This document shows, piece by piece, positions 45,498 to 54,372 of a stretch of DNA of 64,000 bases. The notes beneath the pieces were generated by a model. The model saw nothing but the letters and a program-made list of their open reading frames with translations, was not told the origin of the DNA and searched no databases. Every line of letters starts with the position of its first letter. Position 1 is the first letter of the stretch. Both the position numbers and the translations under genes were made by a program. This DNA is from Candidatus Poriferihabitaceae bacterium (GTDB taxonomy: Bacteria; Pseudomonadota; Gammaproteobacteria; Arenicellales; Poriferihabitantaceae). The stretch covers positions 289,602 to 353,601 of the forward strand of contig CBDFMY010000003.1 of the NCBI GenBank assembly GCA_965249835.1, given 5' to 3'.

Positions 45498-46151
45498 ATG
45501 TCACACAAGAGGCGCATTAAATCTCCTGACGGCGCGTTGCAAATCATCACTCGTCGCACGTTGGCGCATTATAACCAACACGCTCGTGAGTTTCGTGTCG
45601 GCACGGATGATCACGATGTTTCGCAAAACATAGACGCGTTGCTCGCGGCGATGACGCGACCGCCGCCGTGTCGCATTCTCGATTTCGGATGCGGGCCGGG
45701 GCGGGATTTGATGCGTTTCAGCGAACTGGGGCATCAGCCGGTCGGGTTGGACGGGTCGGCGGAATTCGTCGCCATGGCGCGACAGCGCGTCGCTTGCGAA
45801 GTGTGGTTGCAGGATTTTCTCGACCTCGATTTGCCACCGTCTCGTTTTGATGGCGTGTTCGCCAACGCTTCGCTTTTTCATGTGCCGCAGCAGGCATTGC
45901 CCGATGTGTTGTGTGCGTTGTGGAAAACCCTCGACTCCGATGGCGTGTTGTTCGCATCCAATCCGCGCGGCGACAACCGGGAGGGTTGGAACGGAAGCCG
46001 CTACGGGTGTTACCACGACCGGCGTCAATGGCGCGGCTATGTCGAAGCGGCCGGCTTCGTTGAGTTGCATCACTACTACCGGCCGGCCGGCAAACCGCGC
46101 GACCAGCAACCGTGGCTGGCAACGCTGTGGCGAAAAACAAACGCGGATTGA
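45498..46151 (+). CDS. Class I SAM-dependent methyltransferase (substrate unknown)
   Basis: 217 aa, with motif I ILDFGCGPGRD. Confidence 0.8.
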   Translation: MSHKRRIKSPDGALQIITRRTLAHYNQHAREFRVGTDDHDVSQNIDALLAAMTRPPPCRILDFGCGPGRDLMRFSELGHQPVGLDGSAEFVAMARQRVACEVWLQDFLDLDLPPSRFDGVFANASLFHVPQQALPDVLCALWKTLDSDGVLFASNPRGDNREGWNGSRYGCYHDRRQWRGYVEAAGFVELHHYYRPAGKPRDQQPWLATLWRKTNAD

Positions 46152-46156
46152 TGCGG

Positions 46157-47713
46157 TTATTTATGTTCGGGTGTGTTCGCGCATTCCGCGCCGTATCGCT
46201 CGCGCAATTCGCGCTTGAGGATTTTCCCGGCGGCATTGCGCGGGAATTGTTCCAGCACCAACGCATCAGCGAGGCGTTGGAACTTGGCATCGACACGCTG
46301 GTTGACCCAGGCGATGAGGTCGGCGGGCCTTAATTCGCCAACTTCGCCGATGCAAGTGACGGCGGCGACCGGTGCTTCGCCCCACTTCGGATGGGGCGCG
46401 CCGAACACCGCCACCTCGCTCACCGCCGGGTGGCGGATGACCACTTCCTCGATGTCCCTGGGATACACATTGGCACCGCCGCTGATGATCATGTCTTTTT
46501 TGCGGTCGACCAAAAATACAAAGCCGTCTTCGTCCATGTAGCCGAGGTCGCCGGAATGTAGCCAGCCGTTGCGGATGGCTTGCCGGGTCATTTCCGGCTG
46601 GTTGTAATAGCCCGGCATGAGTAACGGCCCGCGTCCGCAGATTTCGCCGATGACCTGGGGCGGACACGGCTGATCGTTTTCATCGAGGATGCAGGCTTCG
46701 GTGAAGGCGGCCGGGCAACCCACGGAACCGGCTTTGGCGAGCGCGTCGTTCTTGTCGAGGATGGTCATGAAACCTTCGGTGATGCCGTACAGTTCGTAGA
46801 ATCTACCGGGTAGCACTTCGTGTATCTGCTGCTTGCAGGCAAGATGCAACGGCGCGCCAACGCTACCGAGCATTTCCAGCGAAGCGAGTTTTGCCGGATC
46901 AAACCTCGCACTATTGAGGATGGCGATAATCTGCGCCGGCACCAGGATGACGTGGGTGACGCGCTGCGCGGCGATGGTCTCGATGAAACGCTCGGCGTCG
47001 AAACTCTCGTGCAGGAGGTAACGGCAACCGAGATACATCCACGGCATAAAAGTAAGCATGGCGCCGTTGAACACCAGCGCGCCGGCATGAAGCACCACGC
47101 TTTCCGGGGTCATGCGCCAGGCGTTGGCGAACAGCGTGCAATACATGGCGCGAACGCGGTGGCTGTGAACGATGCCCTTGGGCGCGCCGGTGGTGCCGCT
47201 GGAATACATAATGTTGTAGGGGTCATCGCCTGTGATATCAACGGCCGGGTCAGCGGTGGAGGCGGCGGCGGTGAATCGGGCGTAGGTCTGGAAGCCGTCA
47301 GGGGCAGCCTCGTCGCCGCTCAGGATATAGCGGTCGCGGGCAATGCCCGCGAGGTGCGGACGAATGGAATCCAGTGTCTCGGCGTGGTCGGGGTCGGCAA
47401 GCACCAGTTTGCTGTGGGAATCCCGCAACAGTTTCTGCAAACCACCGGGGCGCAACAAGGTGCTGCACGGGACGATAACGATGCCGCTTACCGCGGCGGC
47501 CCAGTAGGCGGCAAGCAACTCAAACCCGTTGGGCAGCACGGTGGCGACCTTGTCGCCCTTCACCAACCCGCAGTCCAACCATGCGTTGGCGAGGCGGTTG
47601 ACCTCGCGATTCAATTCGGCAAATGAATACTCACGGCCGGCGAACGCCAGCGCCACCTGCTCGGGGCGGCAACGGGCGTGATGAGCGAGTAGCCGGGAAA
47701 TCGTCGGCATCAT
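46157..47713 (-). CDS. AMP-dependent acyl-CoA synthetase/ligase
   Basis: AMP-binding signature YSSGTTGAPKGI is present. The start is refined to MMPTISRLLAHH (ATG 47713). The track start 47827 lies inside the MTase gene. Confidence 0.9.
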   Translation of the reverse strand: MMPTISRLLAHHARCRPEQVALAFAGREYSFAELNREVNRLANAWLDCGLVKGDKVATVLPNGFELLAAYWAAAVSGIVIVPCSTLLRPGGLQKLLRDSHSKLVLADPDHAETLDSIRPHLAGIARDRYILSGDEAAPDGFQTYARFTAAASTADPAVDITGDDPYNIMYSSGTTGAPKGIVHSHRVRAMYCTLFANAWRMTPESVVLHAGALVFNGAMLTFMPWMYLGCRYLLHESFDAERFIETIAAQRVTHVILVPAQIIAILNSARFDPAKLASLEMLGSVGAPLHLACKQQIHEVLPGRFYELYGITEGFMTILDKNDALAKAGSVGCPAAFTEACILDENDQPCPPQVIGEICGRGPLLMPGYYNQPEMTRQAIRNGWLHSGDLGYMDEDGFVFLVDRKKDMIISGGANVYPRDIEEVVIRHPAVSEVAVFGAPHPKWGEAPVAAVTCIGEVGELRPADLIAWVNQRVDAKFQRLADALVLEQFPRNAAGKILKRELRERYGAECANTPEHK

Positions 47714-47723
47714 GGTCGGGGCA

Positions 47724-49250
47724 TTATTTCCGCGTGAGCAAATCTTCCTGCAAAGGGTTTCCGGTAATCGGATGCGCGAGCGGCGGCAGGTTTGGCATTT
47801 TTTTGTCGCTGGCGAAGTATTCTTCAATTGACCACATCACCAGTCGGTTATATGAAGTTACCCCTTGCTGTAGTTTGCCGGCATCGGCGATACATTGTTT
47901 TACCGTTTTCGTGTTCCATTTTTGCATGGTGATGAATAGGCCGATGGACGCATAGCCGCTGGTGATTTGCGACAACAGCGCCTTCAGGTCGCTTACATTC
48001 GGTGCGCCGCCTTTTACCTGGGCATAGCACATCCCCTCTTCACCCTCCGGCGGTTGCAGCAAACCGGCTCTGCCATCCACACCACCATCGCCGGTTTGTT
48101 TGGTGTTAGACAGAAAGCCGGGGATGAGATGCACCGCCCATTTCTCGAAAACGAACGGATGCTTTGTCGCCATATCTTTTGCCGCATCCAAATCAAAAGG
48201 CACGCCTTTTACAACAAATTTCGCGTTTTTCATGCGTTCCTTTTGAATTACTTCCAACGCATAAAACGAAATATCAACGCCGATAAATTTTCGTTTTAAT
48301 TTCATCGCCGCTTCAATGGTAGTCCCGCAACCGCAAAACGGATCGAGAACCACATCACCTTCATTACTTGATGCTTTGATTATTCGATCAAGTAACGCAA
48401 GCGGCTTTTGTGTGGGATAACCAAGGCGCTCCTTGCTTGAATTGTTGATTTTGTCAATTGCCCAAACACTGGAAACAGGCGAACCATATTTCATGGCTTC
48501 GTCCAAATAGCGTTTAATCCGTTTTCCACCACCAGCATCTGATAACACATATTTGCGCCCGTCCTTGTCTTCGCACACCTTTTGTCTTCTGGTCTTAATG
48601 TATTCTTCTTCACTTTTCCACGGACGGCTGTAGCCATTAAAATGGCCGGCTTTCTTTTTGGCGTAAAAGAAAATGCAATCATGTCTGCTCTCAAACTTAT
48701 CTTTCAGCCGTTTGTTCCATCCACTGTAACTCCAAATTATTTCATTTTTATAATTTTTCACTCCAAACACATCATCCATAATTATTTTCAAGTAATGCGA
48801 AGCGGTCGGGTCGCAGTGCAGATAAATACTGCCATCATTTTTCAGTATGCGGTGCATTTCATTGATGCGGTCAGCCATATAAATCAGATACGCCAACATT
48901 CCGTTGCCGTCTTTGAAGAACATATCCAACGCCATCACCGAATTGCGTGCTTTGTGACCCACCGATCTTTTAATTTGAGCGATGCGCTCGGCGGTTTTTT
49001 CGCTCCATTCCCAGGTGTCGCTAAATGCGGTCATTTGCGCGAGGTCTTTGCGCTTCGTGGCTTGGCTATCTTTGCTCTTTTTTCTGCCAAACAAAATGTT
49101 GTAGTTGGCATCGGAGTTAAACGGCGGGTCCAGATAAATCAAATCCACGCAAGCATCGGGCCATAGTTTCATCACATCCCAGCAATCACCGTAATACAAC
49201 GTGTTGGGTTGCATGGAGAGGTCTAGTTGATTTTTCCCGGCCATGTTCAA
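47724..49250 (-). CDS. Beta-class N6-adenine/N4-cytosine DNA methyltransferase fused to a C-terminal Mrr-like PD-(D/E)xK domain
   Basis: Motif IV DLIYLDPPFNS (aa 36-46) precedes motif I VLDPFCGCGTT, which is the beta permutation. The last ~160 aa carry TGDGGVDGRA...CYAQVKGG (D...QxK), as in Mrr-type nuclease cores. G+C is lower than in the flanks. Confidence 0.85.
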   Translation of the reverse strand: MNMAGKNQLDLSMQPNTLYYGDCWDVMKLWPDACVDLIYLDPPFNSDANYNILFGRKKSKDSQATKRKDLAQMTAFSDTWEWSEKTAERIAQIKRSVGHKARNSVMALDMFFKDGNGMLAYLIYMADRINEMHRILKNDGSIYLHCDPTASHYLKIIMDDVFGVKNYKNEIIWSYSGWNKRLKDKFESRHDCIFFYAKKKAGHFNGYSRPWKSEEEYIKTRRQKVCEDKDGRKYVLSDAGGGKRIKRYLDEAMKYGSPVSSVWAIDKINNSSKERLGYPTQKPLALLDRIIKASSNEGDVVLDPFCGCGTTIEAAMKLKRKFIGVDISFYALEVIQKERMKNAKFVVKGVPFDLDAAKDMATKHPFVFEKWAVHLIPGFLSNTKQTGDGGVDGRAGLLQPPEGEEGMCYAQVKGGAPNVSDLKALLSQITSGYASIGLFITMQKWNTKTVKQCIADAGKLQQGVTSYNRLVMWSIEEYFASDKKMPNLPPLAHPITGNPLQEDLLTRK

Positions 49251-49313
49251 AAAGTAAGGAGAATTAAAGGTTGGATTATAGCCACTTTACCCGCCATTCG
49301 CTGACAAAACAAA

Positions 49314-49411
49314 CTATCGCAGACAACCAAGCGTGGCTTCCAGACCGGCCATGATAAGCGGAATCTGTTCGCGGCGACACGCAACCACCGACAAGCGAAA
49401 CCAGTTGCCGC
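49314..49411 (-). pseudogene. Displaced duplicate of the 3' end of the aminotransferase gene at 50773-52044
   Basis: It translates as ...NWFRLSVVACRREQIPLIMAGLEATLGCLR*. The live C-terminus is ...NWFRLSVGACRRQQIPLIMASLEAALAKVEG*. A hand-made ungapped alignment gives 65/77 identical nt. Confidence 0.8.
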
Positions 49412-49425
49412 GCCGGCGGACATAA

Positions 49426-50589
49426 TCACAACGGCTCGGTGCCTTCGGCGAGGATGCTGAGATATTGGCTATACGCGAACACTTGCCTGCGTTGCCGCCC
49501 GCTGATTTCTTTTACGATGTTCAAGTCGATGAGATGACCGACCGCGGTTCGCACGGTCGGCGCCGACAAGCCCAGCGCTTTGGCGGTGGCCGGTATGACG
49601 ATGAGTGGATTGCTCTGCAAGTGCTCGTGCACGCGCAAGGTTGATGCGGATGCATGACGCAATCGCTCGCGGTCATTGTCGAACAATTTCAAAATTCGTT
49701 GCACGCTCTCGGCCGCTTGCTCGGAGGTTTCCTTGATGCCGGTCAGGAAAAATTCAATCCATCCTTCCCAATCGCCGTGCTCGCGGACGCGCTGCAACCA
49801 ATCATAGTATTCGTCGCGTCTGTTCTTCAGGAACAAACTCAAATACAAAATCGGTTGTTGCAACGCGCCCTCGGCGTGTAGCAAAAAAGTAATCAACAAA
49901 CGCCCGAGCCGACCGTTGCCGTCGAGGAACGGGTGAATGGTTTCGAATTGCACATGCGCAAGCGCGGCTTTAGTCAGCAGCGGCATCGCCGGGCTACGCT
50001 GGTGAATGAATTTTTCCAAATCGCTCATGCATTGCATAACTTCGTTCGCCGGTGGCGGCACATAGCGAGCGGTGCCCGGACGCGTGCCGCCGACCCAGTT
50101 CTGGGTGCGGCGAAACTCGCCGGGTTGTTTGTCGCTACCGCGACCTTTGGCGAGCAATTTGGCGTGGACTTCCCGCAACAATCGATTGGACAACGGCATG
50201 CCTTGTTCCAGTTGCGTCATGCCGTGCTCCATCGCGTTGACATAAAGCGATGTTTCCAACACATCATCCGGCGACGCGTCCGATGCATCGTCAACACCCA
50301 CGCGCAACAAGTCGGCGAGCGATGATTGGGTGCCCTCAATCTGTGCCGACAGCACCGCCTCCTTGCGCACATACATGTAAACAAACAATTTCGGGTTGGG
50401 CAAAGTCGCGCTCATGCCGTCCAGTCGCCCCAGTGCGCGATTGGCTTGCTCCAACAACGCGAGATGCGGCTCCAGACGCAACGGTGGACCGGGCGGAAGC
50501 GGTGTCGGGATGAACGCACGCACCTGCTCGCCCGGCGTGGTGCTGATGGCGTATCGCCCAGTTTGGCGGGATCGGACGAGGTTGGGCAT
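49426..50589 (-). CDS. fic: Fic-family protein (class II, SoFic-like: Fic_N + Fic core + C-terminal wHTH)
   Basis: It has the Fic motif HPFLDGNGRLGRLL and the N-terminal inhibitory-helix motif SAQIEG ((S/T)xxxE(G/N)). 387 aa. Confidence 0.9.
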   Translation of the reverse strand: MPNLVRSRQTGRYAISTTPGEQVRAFIPTPLPPGPPLRLEPHLALLEQANRALGRLDGMSATLPNPKLFVYMYVRKEAVLSAQIEGTQSSLADLLRVGVDDASDASPDDVLETSLYVNAMEHGMTQLEQGMPLSNRLLREVHAKLLAKGRGSDKQPGEFRRTQNWVGGTRPGTARYVPPPANEVMQCMSDLEKFIHQRSPAMPLLTKAALAHVQFETIHPFLDGNGRLGRLLITFLLHAEGALQQPILYLSLFLKNRRDEYYDWLQRVREHGDWEGWIEFFLTGIKETSEQAAESVQRILKLFDNDRERLRHASASTLRVHEHLQSNPLIVIPATAKALGLSAPTVRTAVGHLIDLNIVKEISGRQRRQVFAYSQYLSILAEGTEPL

Positions 50590-50625
50590 AGCGAAAGAAA
50601 AGTTTCTTTACGGATTAGTAAAGAA

Positions 50626-50654
50626 AGTATATGGTCTGTTTTTTTCTTTGTCAA
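50626..50654 (-). promoter_or_regulatory. Sigma70-type promoter of fic embedded in TTTCTTT/AAAGAAA heptamer repeats
   Basis: The minus strand reads TTGACA (50654-50649), a 17-nt spacer, then TATACT (50631-50626). Confidence 0.6.
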
Positions 50655-50689
50655 CGCATAAAGAAAATTTTTCGCCGTTTTATTTCCTT

Positions 50690-50779
50690 ATTCACGAGGA
50701 CGAAAACCGCTCGTCTTGCCTCAATTTTTCCCCCATTCACGAGGACGAAAACCGCTCGTCTTGCCTCAATTTTTACCCC
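50690..50779. repeat. 2 x 45-bp tandem direct repeat spanning the aminotransferase stop codon
   Basis: The unit is ATTCACGAGGACGAAAACCGCTCGTCTTGCCTCAATTTTT(C/A)CCCC. The two copies are identical at 44/45 positions. Confidence 0.95.
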
Positions 50780-52044
50780 TCAACCTTTGCCAACGCGGCT
50801 TCCAAACTCGCCATGATGAGCGGAATCTGTTGGCGACGACACGCGCCGACCGACAGGCGGAACCAGTTGGCGCAGTTGTTTGCACCAAACCACGAGAATG
50901 GCAGGATGCCGATTTTGGCTTCGTTCAATAAATATTCCTGCGCCGCCGCATCGTCATCCAGTGGCTTGTCGCCGGCGCGTTTGCCGAGCAGGTCGATTTG
51001 GACGCTGAGATAAATCGCCGCTTGCGGCGCAATCACGTCCACCGCGTAGCCTTTGTTTTTGAGCGTCATAAATCCGGCGTGGAATGTCTCAAGGCGCGCC
51101 GCCAGCCGCGCGCGAAATTGGCTCAAGTGCGCATCCACTGCACGCTCGTCCGCGAGAAAAATACCGGTGGCGATTTGTTCGGGTTTCGGTGCCCACGCGC
51201 CCATGTGGGCAATCAGCGATGACATTTTCATAATGACTTGACGCGGACCGGTACCCCAGCCGACGCGAACGCCGGTGGCCGCGAATGCCTTGGACATGCC
51301 GTCGACAAAAATTGCGTAATCGCGAATTTCGGGACATACCGACAGCGGATGCCGGAAGGCGTTGTGGTTGCTGTCGGCGTCGGCGAAAGTAAGCGCCCAA
51401 TACACCTGATCGAACATGACATAAAGCGGTTTTTGGTTCCGATTGCGCCGGTAATTCTCCGCCACAACCAATTCGCAGATGTCTGTCAGGTTTTGCTCGT
51501 TGAACAAAGTGCCGGTGGGATTTTGCGGCGAACACAACGCCAGCAGGACCGCGTCTTTGATATGCGGCGCAATGGCTTCGGCGGTGGGCATGAAATGATT
51601 TTTCGCAGTGGTTTCAACGCACGCGGTTTGCGCCCCGACCAGGGCGGCGTAACTTTCGTTATTCCACGACGGCACCGGATACACCACGAGTTCGCCGGGG
51701 TCGACGATGGCGCGGTAGATGGCGTAGATAATCGGGCGCGAACCGCAAGCGATGATGACATCATCGGCCTCATAGTCGAGATGGCAGACGCGGTTCAACC
51801 AGTTGGCCACGCCACTTCGAATCTCCGGCATCCCGACCGCCCCCGGATAGTTGGTTTGATGATCGCGGTAGGCGGCGATGATGGCTTCGGTCAAACCATC
51901 GGGAATCGAAAAGAGGGTTGGATCAAAATCCCCGACGGTGAGGTTGTGCAAGGTCTCGCCGCGTGCCTGTCGGGCGTTAATCTCCGCGGCGATGGTCAGA
52001 ATCGGCGAAGTCGTGATTTGTTCGGCGAGGCGGGAGAGTTTCAT
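50773..52044 (-). CDS. Class I/II PLP-dependent aminotransferase (aspartate/aromatic-like)
   Basis: The start is refined to MKLSRLAEQITTSPIL (ATG 52044). The PLP-Lys region is DGMSKAFAATGVRVGW. Confidence 0.88.
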   Translation of the reverse strand: MKLSRLAEQITTSPILTIAAEINARQARGETLHNLTVGDFDPTLFSIPDGLTEAIIAAYRDHQTNYPGAVGMPEIRSGVANWLNRVCHLDYEADDVIIACGSRPIIYAIYRAIVDPGELVVYPVPSWNNESYAALVGAQTACVETTAKNHFMPTAEAIAPHIKDAVLLALCSPQNPTGTLFNEQNLTDICELVVAENYRRNRNQKPLYVMFDQVYWALTFADADSNHNAFRHPLSVCPEIRDYAIFVDGMSKAFAATGVRVGWGTGPRQVIMKMSSLIAHMGAWAPKPEQIATGIFLADERAVDAHLSQFRARLAARLETFHAGFMTLKNKGYAVDVIAPQAAIYLSVQIDLLGKRAGDKPLDDDAAAQEYLLNEAKIGILPFSWFGANNCANWFRLSVGACRRQQIPLIMASLEAALAKVEG

Positions 52045-52189
52045 GGCGGATGTGGCGGGAATTATATCTTTAATTATTGCGCGGTTACGGTGATGCCATC
52101 GCTGACATCCGGCTGCCGACATTAATTAAAGGCAAATTAAAAGATATACTCCGCACAATTCTCCCCGCAGTTCACGCAAGACGGTAACC

Positions 52190-53284
52190 ATGCTCGCTTA
52201 TATCATTCGCCGATTGTTGCTGGTGATTCCGACATTGTTCGGGATTATGGTAATCAATTTCGCCATCGTGCAATTCGCGCCGGGGGGTCCGGTGGAGCAA
52301 GCCATTGCCACCTTTCAGGGACTCAGCGTGGATGCCACCAGCCGTTTTTCCGGAACCGGTTCGGATGTGCAGGGCATTCAGAGCGGCGGTCACGGGGTCA
52401 GCAAATACCGCGGCGCGCAGGGACTGCGGCCGGAAATTATCGCCCGAATCGAAAAGCAGTTCGGTTTTGACCAGCCGCCGCACCGGCGTTTTTTGAAGAT
52501 GATATGGGATTACGCGAGGTTTGATTTCGGCGAGAGTTATTTCAGCAACAAGCGCGTGGTTGATTTGGTCGTGGAAAAAATGCCGGTGTCGATCTCGCTG
52601 GGGTTATGGACCACGCTGATCGTGTATCTGGTTTCCATTCCCCTGGGAGTGCACAAAGCGGTGCGCGACGATTCGCGCTTTGACGCATGGAGTAGCGGCG
52701 TGATTGTCGCCGGTTATGCAATTCCGAGTTTTTTGTTTGCAGTTTTGCTGATCGTGCTGTTTTCCGGCGGGCGCTATTTAGATTGGTTTCCACTGCGCGG
52801 GCTGACCAGCAACGGTTGGGAATTGCTGCCGTGGTGGCGACAGATTCTGGATTACTTCTGGCACATCACGTTGCCGGTTTTGTCCATGGTGATCGGCGGA
52901 TTTGCCGGGCTCACCATGCTCACCAAAAATTCGTTTCTCGACCAAATAAAATTGCAGTATGTGCAAACCGCGCGCGCCAAAGGGCTGTCGGAAAATCAGG
53001 TGCTGTATGGCCATGTATTCAGGAATGCAATGTTGATCGTGATCGCCGGTTTCCCCGCCATGTTCATCGGCATCCTGTTCACCGGCGCGCTACTGATCGA
53101 AGTAATTTTTTCTCTTGATGGCCTCGGTTTGCTCGGTTACGAAGCGGCAATCAACCGCGATTACCCGGTGATGTTCGCCATCCTCTACCTGTTCACGCTA
53201 ATCGGAATGTTGATGCAGATTATCCGCGATGTGATGTATACGATCATCGACCCGCGCATTGATTTTGAATCACGAGAAGTGTGA
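52190..53284 (+). CDS. yejB: Microcin C / peptide ABC transporter permease YejB
   Basis: 364 aa, [37 protein letters not shown]. It has a 4-nt overlap with the next gene. Confidence 0.85.
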   Translation: MLAYIIRRLLLVIPTLFGIMVINFAIVQFAPGGPVEQAIATFQGLSVDATSRFSGTGSDVQGIQSGGHGVSKYRGAQGLRPEIIARIEKQFGFDQPPHRRFLKMIWDYARFDFGESYFSNKRVVDLVVEKMPVSISLGLWTTLIVYLVSIPLGVHKAVRDDSRFDAWSSGVIVAGYAIPSFLFAVLLIVLFSGGRYLDWFPLRGLTSNGWELLPWWRQILDYFWHITLPVLSMVIGGFAGLTMLTKNSFLDQIKLQYVQTARAKGLSENQVLYGHVFRNAMLIVIAGFPAMFIGILFTGALLIEVIFSLDGLGLLGYEAAINRDYPVMFAILYLFTLIGMLMQIIRDVMYTIIDPRIDFESREV

Positions 53285-54372
53285 TGGAGGAGACGCGCAT
53301 CACCGACCAACCCTTGCAACAAGGCGCGAGCCAAACCCTGCTCGGCGTGAAACTGTCGCCGCTGGATGCACGACGCTGGCAGAACTTTCGCGGCAACGCG
53401 CGCGGCTACTGGTCGCTGTGGATTTTTCTCGCACTATTCACCGTCACCCTGTTTTCGGAACTCGTTGCCAACGACAAACCGATGCTGGTGCGTTATGACG
53501 GTGCTTTTTACACGCCGGTTCTTTTTGATTATTTTGAAACCGACTTCGGCGGCGAGTTTGAATTGGAAGCGGATTATCACGAACCGTATATTCAGAATTT
53601 GATCGCCGCACGCGGCTGGATTGTATGGCCGGCGATTCCCTGGGCCTACGACACCATCGACTACGACCTCAGCACACCGGCACCGGCACCGCCTTCGGCG
53701 CGCCACTGGCTTGGCACCGATGACCAGGCGCGGGATGTGCTGGCGCGAGTCTTGTATGGCTTTCGCATTTCCGTATTGTTCGGGTTGGCACTGACTTTGC
53801 TGAGTTCGGTCATCGGCATCGCGGCCGGCGCGGTGCAGGGATATTTCGGCGGGCTTACCGATCTTTTGATGCAACGCTTCATCGAAATCTGGGAAGGGCT
53901 GCCGGTTTTGTATCTGCTGATTATCATGGCCGCGGTGATTCAGCCGGGCTTCACCAGTTTATTGATTCTGATGCTGTTGTTTTCCTGGCCCGGGCTGGTG
54001 GCGGTGGTGCGCGCGGAATTTTTGCGTGCGCGCAACTTCGAATACATCCGCGCCGCACGCGCCCTCGGCGTGTCGGATGCGACCATCATGTATCGACACA
54101 TTCTGCCCAATGCCATGGTGGCGACCCTGACCTTCATGCCATTCATATTGAGCGGCTCGGTGACCACCCTCACCGGCCTCGACTTTCTCGGCTTCGGCTT
54201 GCCGGCCGGTTCGCCCTCCCTCGGCGAAATGCTCAATCAAGGCAAAAACAATTTGCAGGCGCCGTGGCTCGGCATCACCGGCTTCGTGGTCATCGGCCTC
54301 ATGCTTTCGCTGCTGGTGTTCATCGGCGAAGCGGTGCGCGATGCGTTTGACCCGAGGAAGTTATTTCAATGA
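53281..54372 (+). CDS. yejE: Microcin C / peptide ABC transporter permease YejE
   Basis: 363-aa BPD-type permease, overlapping yejB and yejF by 4 nt each. Confidence 0.85.
   Translation: MMEETRITDQPLQQGASQTLLGVKLSPLDARRWQNFRGNARGYWSLWIFLALFTVTLFSELVANDKPMLVRYDGAFYTPVLFDYFETDFGGEFELEADYHEPYIQNLIAARGWIVWPAIPWAYDTIDYDLSTPAPAPPSARHWLGTDDQARDVLARVLYGFRISVLFGLALTLLSSVIGIAAGAVQGYFGGLTDLLMQRFIEIWEGLPVLYLLIIMAAVIQPGFTSLLILMLLFSWPGLVAVVRAEFLRARNFEYIRAARALGVSDATIMYRHILPNAMVATLTFMPFILSGSVTTLTGLDFLGFGLPAGSPSLGEMLNQGKNNLQAPWLGITGFVVIGLMLSLLVFIGEAVRDAFDPRKLFQ

Noticed and set aside
45501-46296. Minus-strand ORFs of 202 and 192 aa
   Set aside because: They are antisense or alternative frames of the SAM-MTase gene.
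49251-49321. Promoter for the MTase gene (perfect TATAAT at 49280-49275 on the minus strand)
   Set aside because: The best -35 (TTGTCA) is 21 nt away. No SD precedes the ATG on the minus strand, and the AAGGAG seen here is on the opposite strand. The evidence is too weak to call.
49247-49429. 60-aa minus-strand ORF between the MTase and fic genes
   Set aside because: It is a wrong-frame reading of the duplicated aminotransferase 3' remnant.
50690-50779. CRISPR array
   Set aside because: There are only two directly abutting 45-bp units with no spacers. The 12-bp (31881-31926) and 9-bp (62210-62254) repeats are likewise simple tandem repeats, and no cas genes are present.
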